A stretch of DNA of 64,000 nucleotides from Candidatus Thorarchaeota archaeon (GCA_011364905.1 RDNZ01000001.1:64001-128000), one strand, 5' to 3'. Shown: positions 10,252 through 21,179, numbered from the stretch's first letter. The notes: a model not told the origin generated them from the letters alone. Made by a program: numbers and translations.

Positions 10252-13200
10252 TTACTCTTCTGGTGGTAAGGGCGAAGGTAGCTTTGTTTCAGCAGCTATC
10301 AGAAAGTCTCCGTCAACTGCTTCAAGCACCATTTGATGCGCTCTTCTTTCAGTGTATCCAAGAACGCTCGTTGCCTTGATAATTGCGTCAACGGAAACTC
10401 CATGGTGAATGTCCATACTATCGAGCGCAGAAGATACTGGACTAAGATCTTTGGGGAGGTTCCTCTTTACTCCAACGTATCTCTTCATCAACCGCCCATC
10501 GAAGTAACTTACGAAGATTGAATCAAAAGTGTCAGAGAGTGTTGGAGATCGGACCATCTGACGGATTGCATCATCCTGGTGGTCATAAAGTCCGCCGACC
10601 TCTCTACTGAATGTTTCAAGTTGTACCTTTTGTCTACTAGAGGCAGGTTCTACAGTGATAATGGCGCAAATGAGTGACTCAGTTTGCACTGCTGTGACCA
10701 CTTCTGTGATAGGAATTGCTGTCCACATGGGCTCATCAATTGAGAATTCTGATCGGAATTGAGAAATTGCTGTTATTAGTGAGCTAAGTATGGATTCTTG
10801 AAATGCTCCCTTGAGGATATTTGAGTACACAGGCAGTCCAATTGCACGATGAATGACAAGCAGACCAATTAGATTCTTTGCATCATCAATGCGTCCCTCA
10901 AGAGCCAGAAGTTCGAGGTTACGTCTTGTCATGGTAGTCATATAGAAACGACGGCTGAATGCTATTGCGACTACGGAAATCACGACAATAAACGCCCCAA
11001 TGAAACCTGCTCTTAGTGTAACCACGTAAAGCGACTCCGTCCCCGGGATTCGAATGGTGACATTTACACTATTGCTTTCAAAATAAGGCATGGCAACTTC
11101 AATAACGACCAAATATTCTCCAGAGCCAAAGCCCGTAGAGTTGAAGTCCGCCTCCCACCAGTTTCTAGCATAGTTAGGACTAAACTGAACAATTCCCGAA
11201 GTCCAATTACCAGTTACTTGTGCGTCGCTAAGGATTGAATTGCCGTTATCTTGGTCATAGAGAGAGATGGCAAGCGTGAATTCATCACCAGATTTGATCT
11301 CGCGGATTGGCGTCTGAGCTATAACGGTGAATTTGTGCAACAAACTAAATTCCGCTTTACCATATCCCACTTCAGTGCCATTGTGCCAGAAGGCACCGAC
11401 AATCCATTCTCCAACAGTTGAATTCACAGGGCCAAAAACATCTCCCTGTGTGACTACCGTTGAGTCATTGAAATTATGCAGAACCTCGCTCGCCCATAGG
11501 TCACTAGTGGGGAGATACCAACTCACCTCAACATTCGTGGCATTTCCAAGTGAATCGTTAGTTGCACCAAGACTAGCAAGACACCTAATTCTGTCTTCAT
11601 TGTGAAAGATGGATTCGTCAGCCCATGTGAGGTCCGACTTGTTTTGAACTTGAGTTGTTAGTTTGTTTACGTAATTTGGTCCGTGCAGAATTATTGTCCA
11701 CCAACCTGCGGAATTCGCTAAACCGGAGGCGATGGTTAGTTTCGAATCCTCTACAGACACACTAGGTGTGACATCCTGGCCGAGAGGATTCAAGACCTGC
11801 GGATCATTCCAGTCAGATGGGATATGCGCGATTATTCCTTTGTCAGCTGCTTCAGGATATGATTGGATATACGTGTATAGAGAAAACTCTGCGTGCTCAC
11901 CCATTTCAATGACATATGACACTCCATCATCTTCCAGGTTCATGGAACTCATTGAGTAACTGAAACGGGTCATAATACTGACTTTTGATGAAAATTCAAA
12001 GGAAACTGTCGTGTTCGATGAAAAGGTGAATGGGATAGATGCTTTCTCCCAGAAGGAATAATTCAACAGAATCTCCCCTTGACTAACTGTTCCATATACA
12101 GGTAGTGTGCCTAAAGGTGAACAGCTTACTGTCAGGTCTACTTGTTGCGGACTCGGAGCATTCAGAGCCGTTAGGGAGATATCATCAACAAGAAATGTAA
12201 GGAATTGACCATTAGCTGAATCGCCATCCAAATCAGCGTCGTTTTCATCAATCTGAATGTACGATGAAGGTGTGTCCACTTTCAAGACAACGCGAATTTC
12301 AAATTGCGGCGGAGCTTCAGGAATTTCCACTTCTAGCGGGCCAGTGGAAAACCAAACTCCTCTCTGTGTCATATTCGTGGGATCTATTGTCCAGTTCCAT
12401 AGCATTGATGTTCCATTGAGAATCTCAAAGCCAAATTCAAAAATGTCAGAGTAGTTCAAACCAATTGGTCCTCGCTGATATAGATAGTCCATTGAGAACT
12501 CGAATTCTTCTTCCCCCTGACTATTGTTGACCATCTGGTACCAATAAATCCGAGTTCCGTCGTAGTGTCGATATCCAACGCCCACTACTTCATAACCCTC
12601 GTTCTCAATGGATAGGTATTTGCTACCAGTGTCGACATAGGAGGTTCGCTGTCTTCCAGGTGTGTAGAGAATTTCTCGCTGGGCCAACCATCCATCAGCG
12701 TAAAATGCTCCATTCCCGGTCCAATCAATATTCGCACCAGGATTTCCAGTTTCAAAGGTCCCGTTCAACGCGTAGAGACAATTGAGGTCTCTAATGTCAA
12801 CCTCGACCTGTTCTGCACTCCAGGAGTCGTCCCCTGCACAAACGTCATAGCTGAAGGACACTGCTCCAACTGGAACAAGATCTGCACCTCCTGACGAATC
12901 GGACAGAGATCCTTCAAACTTGTAATAGTGAGAAAGACCTGGTTCATTCCCAGCTAGAGTTTCCAAGTAATCACTCCTAATATCCTCTAAGGGCCTTTCA
13001 ACTGTATAGTATCTAAAATCATCCACATGGCCATCGACCATTGTATCAGGTCGAGCAGCAGAATTCATCAGGTCATTTTCAGACAGAAAACCTACGACTG
13101 ATCCGACCCATGAAGTTGTAAAGGCATCCTCCAAAGGTTGAGTGTCTTCATCACCCCAATAGATTGCAATCTGGTTTGATGTGTCATCCCAGGTGATGGC

Positions 13201-13752
13201 TAAGAAATACCATCGACCAAGTACCCAGTCATTCTTATTCCCCACGATGGTTGTGTCCCCGCCCCAGTCTAATGTAAGGCGATTGTCAACAGACCAACGA
13301 GTTTCAAAGTCATAATCCTGCCCCCAGAACCGTCCAGTGGCTAGGGAACCATCCCATTTTATCCAAAGAGAAATAGTTCCTTGCGGTGATCCGAAGTCGG
13401 TTTGGCCACTAACACCGACTAAGAAGTAACCTCCTGAACAATCGGCAGAGTACCTGTTACCTTGTGAGCCTACAGGAGAGAATGCTTCAGAGCTTGGTTG
13501 AGGTGCCGTGTCAGTACGAGCGATAGTGTATGGTTGAATCCCAGCAGCTGAACCGAAATGTTCGATAGGAACAGGGTTGAGTATACCAGTTCTTGGTTCC
13601 GGGCTTTCAGAAAGGCCATGATATATTCCCTTGGAAAGTCGTATAGGATCTGAGAAGTTGGTTCTTGAAGTCGTTGTGCTTGGAGCTGCTAACGGTGCCC
13701 ACCCTAACATGCTACAGAGAAATAGTATCATGACTAGATGGGTCCTTTTCAA
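10252..13752 (-). CDS. Receptor-like single-pass membrane protein: LamG/ConA-like and Ig-like ectodomain, TM, cytoplasmic longin/roadblock-like domain
   Basis: Signal peptide after TTG at 13752 (GGAGG RBS). LamG motifs GTISLWIKW, GRWYFLAITWD, GHVDDFRYY, YYKFEG. TM GFIGAFIVVISVVAIAF. Cytoplasmic GLLVIHRAIGLPVYS...ILSSLITAISQF. Confidence 0.78.
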   Translation of the reverse strand: MKRTHLVMILFLCSMLGWAPLAAPSTTTSRTNFSDPIRLSKGIYHGLSESPEPRTGILNPVPIEHFGSAAGIQPYTIARTDTAPQPSSEAFSPVGSQGNRYSADCSGGYFLVGVSGQTDFGSPQGTISLWIKWDGSLATGRFWGQDYDFETRWSVDNRLTLDWGGDTTIVGNKNDWVLGRWYFLAITWDDTSNQIAIYWGDEDTQPLEDAFTTSWVGSVVGFLSENDLMNSAARPDTMVDGHVDDFRYYTVERPLEDIRSDYLETLAGNEPGLSHYYKFEGSLSDSSGGADLVPVGAVSFSYDVCAGDDSWSAEQVEVDIRDLNCLYALNGTFETGNPGANIDWTGNGAFYADGWLAQREILYTPGRQRTSYVDTGSKYLSIENEGYEVVGVGYRHYDGTRIYWYQMVNNSQGEEEFEFSMDYLYQRGPIGLNYSDIFEFGFEILNGTSMLWNWTIDPTNMTQRGVWFSTGPLEVEIPEAPPQFEIRVVLKVDTPSSYIQIDENDADLDGDSANGQFLTFLVDDISLTALNAPSPQQVDLTVSCSPLGTLPVYGTVSQGEILLNYSFWEKASIPFTFSSNTTVSFEFSSKVSIMTRFSYSMSSMNLEDDGVSYVIEMGEHAEFSLYTYIQSYPEAADKGIIAHIPSDWNDPQVLNPLGQDVTPSVSVEDSKLTIASGLANSAGWWTIILHGPNYVNKLTTQVQNKSDLTWADESIFHNEDRIRCLASLGATNDSLGNATNVEVSWYLPTSDLWASEVLHNFNDSTVVTQGDVFGPVNSTVGEWIVGAFWHNGTEVGYGKAEFSLLHKFTVIAQTPIREIKSGDEFTLAISLYDQDNGNSILSDAQVTGNWTSGIVQFSPNYARNWWEADFNSTGFGSGEYLVVIEVAMPYFESNSVNVTIRIPGTESLYVVTLRAGFIGAFIVVISVVAIAFSRRFYMTTMTRRNLELLALEGRIDDAKNLIGLLVIHRAIGLPVYSNILKGAFQESILSSLITAISQFRSEFSIDEPMWTAIPITEVVTAVQTESLICAIITVEPASSRQKVQLETFSREVGGLYDHQDDAIRQMVRSPTLSDTFDSIFVSYFDGRLMKRYVGVKRNLPKDLSPVSSALDSMDIHHGVSVDAIIKATSVLGYTERRAHQMVLEAVDGDFLIAAETKLPSPLPPEE

Positions 13753-13919
13753 CCACTGGCCTCCGATGAGAAGCTGGTAACTAGGCCGGAGTTTATGCCA
13801 CAAAACGCAACTTCCCAACTTTGCTGTCTTCTCATACGTAGTATTATCTATTTCAGGAAATGGTGTTCGAACTGGAACGCCAACAGGTGCATGAATTTAC
13901 CAGTCATAGGGTGATGTTT

Positions 13920-15386
13920 CTATAACAATCCAACTCTCTCATTGAAACTGTTGATCAGTTCATCAATTTTTGGAGTTGTCTGCTGAATCTGCTTCCAGTA
14001 CTGTGGATAATCATACCACTGACTGTTTAGCTCATCAAGATCGAAACCCTGTTGTTCAATCCATGTGTAGTACTTCAAATGATGAATCCGCTTTTTGTCG
14101 TAATGATTCAGCTCTATCATTGCATCAGTCTTTTGCGCAAGGAGATGTCTATTGTAATCTTTGACGCCGTCTAATATTGAATAGGAACCATGTTTGACTT
14201 TAGCCTCTCTCAAGCGAGATTGATACATATCCATAGAATCTGTAAAGACAGTAAGAACAACATCATTCTTTGTGAGTTCATAGTACTTAGCAAACTTGAT
14301 ACTCATCAGAAGGTTTGCTATGCTTGAGATACCCAAGAGGTCGAGCTTGGAGACAATACTCTCAGGGGCACCTATGTCATTAATGAGATATTTGCGACCT
14401 TCAGGTTCGTTAAAGAGCCTAATGAGATTCATTGGGTCCGCATCATCAATTGCAATAATCATATCGGTGTTATGAACGTTCATTATCCATGGTACATGCT
14501 TATCGCCGATACCCTCAATCCTATGTGCACCATATCCGTTCAACCAGAGTGTTGGACACTGCACAGCCTCTCCAGCTGCAATTTTAGAGGTCGGATAAGT
14601 CTGTTTCATGAAGTCTCCAGACCCAATGGTTCCAGCAGATCCTGTAGTCAGACAAACGCCTCTGTATGTATCGTTGCCTAACTCTTCCTCGAGGACATCT
14701 TTCATCGCATTACCAGTTATTTCATAGTGCCAGAGATAGTTCCCGAATTCGCTGAACTGATTGAAGACGAAGACATTGTCCCTTGTGGCCTTGAGTTCTG
14801 CCACTTTGTCGTAAATTTCTTTGACATTACTCTCGCTGCCGGGAGTCTTGATGATCTCCCCGGCAACAGTCTTTAACCAGTCAAACCGCTCTTGACTCAT
14901 TTCTTCAGGGAGGATTGCAACGCTTTCACAAGCGAGGAGTGTCGCATCGTACGCACCACCTCGGCAGTAGTTGCCAGTAGATGGCCAAACTGCTTTGTGA
15001 ATGGTGGGATCAAATTGACCAGTCACTAGGGGAGGAACAAGACAGCCAAATGCAGCTCCGACTTTGTGAGCTCCTGTCGGGAACCACTTACCTACAAGAG
15101 CGATAATCCTTGCTTCCACACCAGTAATCTCAGGTGGGATCTCCATGTAGTTTGGGAGGGGTTGAAAGAGACCTCCCTTTTCGCGAGGTTGGTTCTTCCA
15201 AGTGATTCTGAACAGGTTTTGCGGAACGACATCCCAGAGCCTGATGCTAACAAGCTCTTTCTTGATCTGATCAGGAATCTTTCGTGGGTCCTTCATCTGT
15301 TCGAAGGTGGGAATCACAATGTTTCGTTCTTTACAACGTTGAACAGTTCGCTTGAGTTGCTCTTCATTCTTTTTTAGGTCAATCAT
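13920..15386 (-). CDS. PLP-dependent enzyme, fold type II (cysteine synthase/TrpB-like family)
   Basis: FPTGAHKVGA (PLP Lys), STGNY, GSAGTIG, HRIEGIGD. Start MIDLKK with GTGAGG RBS. Confidence 0.85.
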   Translation of the reverse strand: MIDLKKNEEQLKRTVQRCKERNIVIPTFEQMKDPRKIPDQIKKELVSIRLWDVVPQNLFRITWKNQPREKGGLFQPLPNYMEIPPEITGVEARIIALVGKWFPTGAHKVGAAFGCLVPPLVTGQFDPTIHKAVWPSTGNYCRGGAYDATLLACESVAILPEEMSQERFDWLKTVAGEIIKTPGSESNVKEIYDKVAELKATRDNVFVFNQFSEFGNYLWHYEITGNAMKDVLEEELGNDTYRGVCLTTGSAGTIGSGDFMKQTYPTSKIAAGEAVQCPTLWLNGYGAHRIEGIGDKHVPWIMNVHNTDMIIAIDDADPMNLIRLFNEPEGRKYLINDIGAPESIVSKLDLLGISSIANLLMSIKFAKYYELTKNDVVLTVFTDSMDMYQSRLREAKVKHGSYSILDGVKDYNRHLLAQKTDAMIELNHYDKKRIHHLKYYTWIEQQGFDLDELNSQWYDYPQYWKQIQQTTPKIDELINSFNERVGLL

Positions 15387-15620
15387 GCTGCAGTCCTCAC
15401 GTGAAGTCACACAGGACCAAACCCACTCAGGCAAAAGGGTTTCGGCGCGGCTCAAGACGCCTCTATAGAATGCTTAATAATGAAACATGCCCCCAAGCGA
15501 GTCAATTAAGAGGAATACGCTTCTCTAATTGACGATTAGCATTCATGGTGCATTGAATCTAACCCTGCAATTAGGTTAGTAGCCTACCTTGAATCATTTA
15601 GTGCAGGTGGGTATAACAAG

Positions 15621-18362
15621 ATGAGTAAAGAAAAACATGTGTACATTTTTGGCGCTGGAAAAGCTGATGGCGATGGGACAATGAAAAACCTGTTGGGCGG
15701 AAAAGGAGCGTCCCTTGCGGGAGGCACTCTTCTTGGTCTCCCAGTCCCTCCAGGATTCACCATTTCAACTGATGTTTGTAATCTCTATCTAGCTTCTGGA
15801 GGACTCAGTGATGATGTCAAGGAGCAAGTAAAAGCAGCAATGGCTCAAACAGAGGAAAATATGGGGATGAAGTTTGGAGACCCCAAGAATCCATTGCTTG
15901 TGTCTTGCAGGTCTGGTGCGAGGTCCTCGATGCCGGGTATGATGGAAACGGTCCTAAACGTTGGCCTAACGACCTCTACGATACCCGGGCTTATTGAAAC
16001 CACACAGAACGAGAGATTCGTCTATGACTCATACAGACGTCTCATCATGATGTTCTCGGATGTGGTTATGGAAAAGGCAGCTGGAATCGAACCTGAAGAG
16101 GGCTTAGGGATTCGTCAGCGACTTGACAGGATTATGGAGAGAAAGAAGAAAGAAGTCGGATGCCTGACTGATACGGGTTTGGGTGTCGTGCATCTGAAGG
16201 AGATTGTTGAAGAATTCAAGGAAACCATCAAGAAGACACTGGGAGTTGAATTCCCTGACGATCCATATGAACAGCTATGGGCTGCAATTGGTGCAGTCTT
16301 CAAGAGCTGGGGAGGGACACGAGCTGTTGCCTATCGGCGAATTGAGAACATCCCTGATGAATGGGGGACAGCATGTACGGTACAGAGCATGGTGTTTGGA
16401 AATATGGGTGACAGTTCTGCAACAGGAGTAGCGTTCTCAAGAAATCCTGCCACAGGAGAGGACAAGTTCTATGGTGAGTTTCTCATAAATGCACAGGGAG
16501 AGGATGTCGTAGCAGGTACCCGAACACCAAATGCGATGAACGAAGAAAGCAAGAACGAGCAGAGTAAGGACCTGCCGACTCTTGAGGAATCAATGCCAGA
16601 AATTTACAAGCAGCTTGTAGACATCAAGAACACGTTGGAAGATGACACTAAGGACATGGTGGACATTGAATTCACAATCCAAGAAGGAAAGCTGTTCCTT
16701 GTACAGTATAGAGTTGGTAAAAGAACAGCAACTGCCGCTCTGAACATTGCAATGGACATGTTGCATACAAAATTCATTGATGAGCCATCAGCAATACTGA
16801 GGGTTGCCCCTGAACAACTTGGTCAGTTGCTCTATCCAATATTGGACCCGGAAGCAGAGGCAGAAGCCAAACCGATTACACGTGGGCTACCTGCAGGTCC
16901 AGGAGGAGCTTCTGGACAGATCGTCTTTACTTCAGAAGCTGCGATTGATTGGGTCAAACAAGGAAAGAAGGTGGTTCTTGTCCGTGAAGAGACTAGCCCC
17001 GAGGATATCGAGGGTATGCGCGTCGCGAACGCTATACTCACTTGTAGAGGAGGAATGACAAGCCATGCGGCTCTTGTGACCCGTGGGTGGGGCAAATGCT
17101 GCATTGTTGGTGCTACGGGTCTCGACATTAATACATTCGAAAAGACGTTGACCATCAATGGCAAAGTATACAAAGAGGGTGATGTTCTTACCCTAAATGG
17201 GACCATGGGCTTGGTGTATGATGGCGAGTTGCCAATGATTGAGGCAACTGAGAATCCCAAGTTGAAAGAGTTCATGGGGCTTATTGACAAATATAGAAAG
17301 ATAGGAGTGAGGGCAAACGCAGACAATCCTGACGATGCGGAGGTTGCTCTCAAATTCGGAGCAGAGGGAATTGGACTCCTCCGAACTGAACACATGTTTT
17401 ATGGAGAGGGAAGCGACGAACCTTTGTTCCTCCTTCGCAAAATGATTTTGAGCAACACAAAAAGCGAAAGGCAACATGCTCTTCAAGAGCTTGCTCCATT
17501 TGTCAGGGAAGACATCAAGGCGACACTAGCAGTAATGAATGGACTGCCGGTCACTATACGATTACTTGATCCGCCTTTACACGAGTTTGTGCCTCAATCA
17601 AGAATTGGACAGGAAAAACTTGCTCATTCATTAGGTATTACAATTGATGATGTTCGCAAACGTGGCGAACAGATTCATGAACAGAATCCAATGATGGGAT
17701 TAAGAGGCGTACGCCTAGGTATCGTCTATCCAGAGATCTATGAAATGCAAGTAAGGGCTATTCTTGAGGCTGGTGCCGAGCTCATAAAGGACGGAAAGAA
17801 AGTCGATCTTGAAATCATGATTCCAGTCACAATTGGTTCAGCTGAGCTCAAGACAATGGAATTAATCGTTGATAGAGTCTATAAAGAGGTCAGGGATGAG
17901 GTCGGATTCGATATTCCGTACATGTACGGTACAATGATTGAGATTCCTCGAGCCTGTATGCGTGCAGGAGATATGGCGCAGAGCGCTCAATTCTTCAGTT
18001 TTGGCACAAATGATCTCTCGCAAATGGGATTTGGCTTCAGCAGAGATGACATCGAATCGTTTCTGCCCGAGTATCTTGACAAACACATACTCAGGAATGA
18101 TCCTTTCGCAAGCATAGATATGCGAGGCATAGGCCAGCTTATGGAAATCGCAATCGAACGGGGTCGCAAGACAAGACCAGACATCAAGCTCGGTGTCTGC
18201 GGAGAGCATGGTGGAGATCCGAGATCAGTTGAGTTCTTCCATAAGATAGGACTCGACTACGTATCATGCTCGCCGTATCGGCTTCCCATCGCGCGACTTG
18301 CTGCTGCACAAGCAGCCATTAAAGAAGTTCATTGGCTTTTGCTGAAGAACAAAACAAAGTAG
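15621..18362 (+). CDS. ppdK: Pyruvate, phosphate dikinase
   Basis: LGGKGA, PLLVSCRSGARSSMPGMM, GEDVVAG, GGMTSHAA (phospho-His), GIGLLRTEHMF, FSFGTNDL, GVCGEHGGDP. Confidence 0.97.
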   Translation: MSKEKHVYIFGAGKADGDGTMKNLLGGKGASLAGGTLLGLPVPPGFTISTDVCNLYLASGGLSDDVKEQVKAAMAQTEENMGMKFGDPKNPLLVSCRSGARSSMPGMMETVLNVGLTTSTIPGLIETTQNERFVYDSYRRLIMMFSDVVMEKAAGIEPEEGLGIRQRLDRIMERKKKEVGCLTDTGLGVVHLKEIVEEFKETIKKTLGVEFPDDPYEQLWAAIGAVFKSWGGTRAVAYRRIENIPDEWGTACTVQSMVFGNMGDSSATGVAFSRNPATGEDKFYGEFLINAQGEDVVAGTRTPNAMNEESKNEQSKDLPTLEESMPEIYKQLVDIKNTLEDDTKDMVDIEFTIQEGKLFLVQYRVGKRTATAALNIAMDMLHTKFIDEPSAILRVAPEQLGQLLYPILDPEAEAEAKPITRGLPAGPGGASGQIVFTSEAAIDWVKQGKKVVLVREETSPEDIEGMRVANAILTCRGGMTSHAALVTRGWGKCCIVGATGLDINTFEKTLTINGKVYKEGDVLTLNGTMGLVYDGELPMIEATENPKLKEFMGLIDKYRKIGVRANADNPDDAEVALKFGAEGIGLLRTEHMFYGEGSDEPLFLLRKMILSNTKSERQHALQELAPFVREDIKATLAVMNGLPVTIRLLDPPLHEFVPQSRIGQEKLAHSLGITIDDVRKRGEQIHEQNPMMGLRGVRLGIVYPEIYEMQVRAILEAGAELIKDGKKVDLEIMIPVTIGSAELKTMELIVDRVYKEVRDEVGFDIPYMYGTMIEIPRACMRAGDMAQSAQFFSFGTNDLSQMGFGFSRDDIESFLPEYLDKHILRNDPFASIDMRGIGQLMEIAIERGRKTRPDIKLGVCGEHGGDPRSVEFFHKIGLDYVSCSPYRLPIARLAAAQAAIKEVHWLLLKNKTK

Positions 18363-18411
18363 TTACATTGGTGCTTCTATGAACACTAGAAGCACTTCAT
18401 TCCTCTTTTTA

Positions 18412-19977
18412 TCAAGTCTTTTTCACATGGTAACGTACTCTAGTCAGGATTAAAAGAATCATAAATCCCACCCCTATTCCAATTGAACCACCTAATATTA
18501 TCATAGATGGAATTTGATAGCGTTCTCTGACTGTAACAAATACTGTGTCTGATTTTATCTTATTATCCCAAGGATTCCAAATGGAGAGAGTATAGTTGTA
18601 TATACCCGCATCAAGGTCATCAACACTGACTACAATGTGATCTGTGCCATCCCAAGAAGCGCTGAATATGACCTCACTATTACGAAGAATTTTGTAGTAG
18701 AAGTTTTCAGGAGTAGTGGCTAGGAGAAAACCGTGGAACAGTATCTGAACATCAAGGGTCCAGGTAATTGCGTGTCCTTCATTGCCGTATGTATATACAA
18801 TGTCGGCAGGCGCATCTACATTGACATTGTAGACAGGGACGTTATGATGAGGATTAACATGATGAAATGAAGGGGACAGTCCATCTGAGAAATCACCTGG
18901 CCAATAGTTAGCTTCGCTATCAACTGATCCGAGTCTAGTTTTGAGATCAACACTGAAAGCCCGAATCCGAACCATGCAGTCTCCCAAGAGGAAGCCTGCG
19001 GCATTCCAAACATAGAATGTATCAGTCAGATTTCTTGCTAGGATCTGAAAGGTTGCACCTCCATCCAAGCTGAGCCAAACTGAGAAGAAGTTTGTATCGT
19101 TAGCATTCTTATCAGTACACGTCCATGTTATATTATAGACCTCGTTTTCTACTTCTGTTGGTTCAGGTACAGTGACATCAGGTGAGAAGAAATTGCCAAG
19201 TGTAACATCAGTGTAGTCATAGATCAAAGTGTAATTTGACTCTGTTTTTCCTTCTATTCGAACATCAACAGTTTGGTTCCTTCTATCCAACGTGTAGGTG
19301 TCATAGATCACGATATTTCCTTCGACGCTGATTTGCTTGTAAACGCCTACTTGGAGGTACAGAGTCCAATTTCCGGGTGAAAGATCATAATCCAGACAAC
19401 CAACATACATCGTATCGTTGTCTGACTCCCAACGAAATTCATCAGTTTCAGGCTTAGCACTAGAAGCCATGCTGACAAGATTGTTGGCGTACGTGAGTTG
19501 TGAATATTCCTGTTCTCCACTCCAAGCCATGAAATCAGTATCACCGTTGGTGAAATTTCCGATGATGTTCACCATCCAGCCTCTCTCGATACCTTTTACA
19601 ATTACCCAGTCAAACTCAGTAGGATTTATGACTCCGCTAAATTGACTGTCGGGGTCGGAAGGGACTACAAGTTCTCTACTAGTATTCAATCGGAATCCAT
19701 TCTCTACGGTCATCGTACAATGAGTGACGTTCAAAGACTCAGAAAAGGTTGCGTTCAGAACGACATGATCTCCAACCAAGTCAGCATCATCCATCACTGC
19801 CAGTCGTGAAGGCTGCCACTTTGAAGTCCATGTCAGTTCGAATTCATTGTTTGCCAATGAATCAACGATTATGTATTCTGGTCCTAAGATTATGTTAGTT
19901 TGAAGCGGAGAAACCATGAGATAAATGACGATAGGTAGAAAGAGGCCTGTTTGTTGAAACCAGTTTCTTGCTCTCAT
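18412..19977 (-). CDS. Membrane-anchored surface protein with Ig-like beta-sandwich domains
   Basis: N-terminal hydrophobic segment, YNITW...SLDGGATF, DDLDAGIYNYTL, C-terminal TM plus basic tail, many NxT/S sequons. Confidence 0.75.
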   Translation of the reverse strand: MRARNWFQQTGLFLPIVIYLMVSPLQTNIILGPEYIIVDSLANNEFELTWTSKWQPSRLAVMDDADLVGDHVVLNATFSESLNVTHCTMTVENGFRLNTSRELVVPSDPDSQFSGVINPTEFDWVIVKGIERGWMVNIIGNFTNGDTDFMAWSGEQEYSQLTYANNLVSMASSAKPETDEFRWESDNDTMYVGCLDYDLSPGNWTLYLQVGVYKQISVEGNIVIYDTYTLDRRNQTVDVRIEGKTESNYTLIYDYTDVTLGNFFSPDVTVPEPTEVENEVYNITWTCTDKNANDTNFFSVWLSLDGGATFQILARNLTDTFYVWNAAGFLLGDCMVRIRAFSVDLKTRLGSVDSEANYWPGDFSDGLSPSFHHVNPHHNVPVYNVNVDAPADIVYTYGNEGHAITWTLDVQILFHGFLLATTPENFYYKILRNSEVIFSASWDGTDHIVVSVDDLDAGIYNYTLSIWNPWDNKIKSDTVFVTVRERYQIPSMIILGGSIGIGVGFMILLILTRVRYHVKKT

Positions 19978-20155
19978 ATCACGGGCTCCCCTCAACAACC
20001 TCCACTAGTAATAATGAGTAGGTTCGATATCAATCTAATTCTAGAACATCTAATGAGTCTTGATGAAGCTTTATTCTGGCAACAAAAAGTCAACACTTAA
20101 AACTAGGTCTTTTCGGGCTGACATCCAATATACACAGTATCTCGAGGAGTACGTT

Positions 20156-21112
20156 ATGAAGAGAATTTTGGTGACAGGTAGTTATGGGCAAATTGGTACA
20201 GAGCTCGTAGGTGCCTTACGCAGCAAGTATGGTGGCCAAAATGTGGTTGCGACAGGAAGAAAAGATCCGCCTGAGATTCTTACTAAAGATGGACCATATT
20301 TACACCTCGATGTACTTGATGTAGACCAGCTGCATGCAATACTGAAAGACAATGAAATTGATATCGTGATTCATAATGCCTCTGTACTATCCGGGAAAGG
20401 TGAGAAAAATCCTCAGCTCGCGTACAGAACCAATATACAGGGCTCTTACAATGTTCTTGAAGCCGTCAGAATTCTCGGACTTGATCAAGTCTTTATCCCG
20501 AGTTCAATCGCAGCATTCGGCCCAAGTACTCCAAAAGAAAATACCCCCAATGAAGTGATAATGCGACCCACGACAGCTTACGGCGTTTCTAAGGTCTTTA
20601 TCGAACTGTGGGGAGAGTACTATGCCAAACGCTATGGTGTAGACTTCCGTTCTCTGAGATATCCAGGAATCATAAGTTCGGAAGCACCCCCCGGTGGAGG
20701 AACGACGGACTATGCAGTAGAGATATTCTATGAAGCGCTCAAGACTCAGAAGTATACATCCTTCCTCGAAAAGGGGACCTATCTTCCTATGATGTTTATG
20801 GACGATTGTATTAAGTGTACAATGGATTTGATTCACGCCGATGTCAGCAAACTGAAGCACCGGAGTTTCAACATCACAGCAATGAGTTTTGCACCAGAGG
20901 AAATAGCTGCTGAGATAAAGAAATACATCCCCCAGTTCGAAATGAGCTATAAACCAGACTTTAGGCAGCAAATCGCAGAATCGTGGCCAGCGACCATCGA
21001 TGATAGTGCAGCTCGTGAAGAATGGGGCTGGAAACCGGATTATGACTTAGCGGCGATGACTAAGGCTATGATAGAAAGGCTCTCGAAGAAGCTCGATATA
21101 GCGTATCAGTGA
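20156..21112 (+). CDS. tdh: L-threonine 3-dehydrogenase (SDR / NAD-dependent epimerase type)
   Basis: ILVTGSYGQIG, PSSIAAFG, YGVSK, RYPGIIS, PGGGTTDYA, RQQIAESWP. Start at 20156 after GAGGAG. Confidence 0.88.
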   Translation: MKRILVTGSYGQIGTELVGALRSKYGGQNVVATGRKDPPEILTKDGPYLHLDVLDVDQLHAILKDNEIDIVIHNASVLSGKGEKNPQLAYRTNIQGSYNVLEAVRILGLDQVFIPSSIAAFGPSTPKENTPNEVIMRPTTAYGVSKVFIELWGEYYAKRYGVDFRSLRYPGIISSEAPPGGGTTDYAVEIFYEALKTQKYTSFLEKGTYLPMMFMDDCIKCTMDLIHADVSKLKHRSFNITAMSFAPEEIAAEIKKYIPQFEMSYKPDFRQQIAESWPATIDDSAAREEWGWKPDYDLAAMTKAMIERLSKKLDIAYQ

Positions 21113-21179
21113 GTGATGAGAACATTTCCCAAGTGTATCGTCATCTTTATGTCGGAGAGGAAGCAGGGATAACATCGAA

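Noticed and set aside
15559-15579. CTAACC...GGTTAG upstream of ppdK as a TetR site
   Set aside because: Half-site spacing is 11 nt, versus 4 nt in the operators at 59910-59945.
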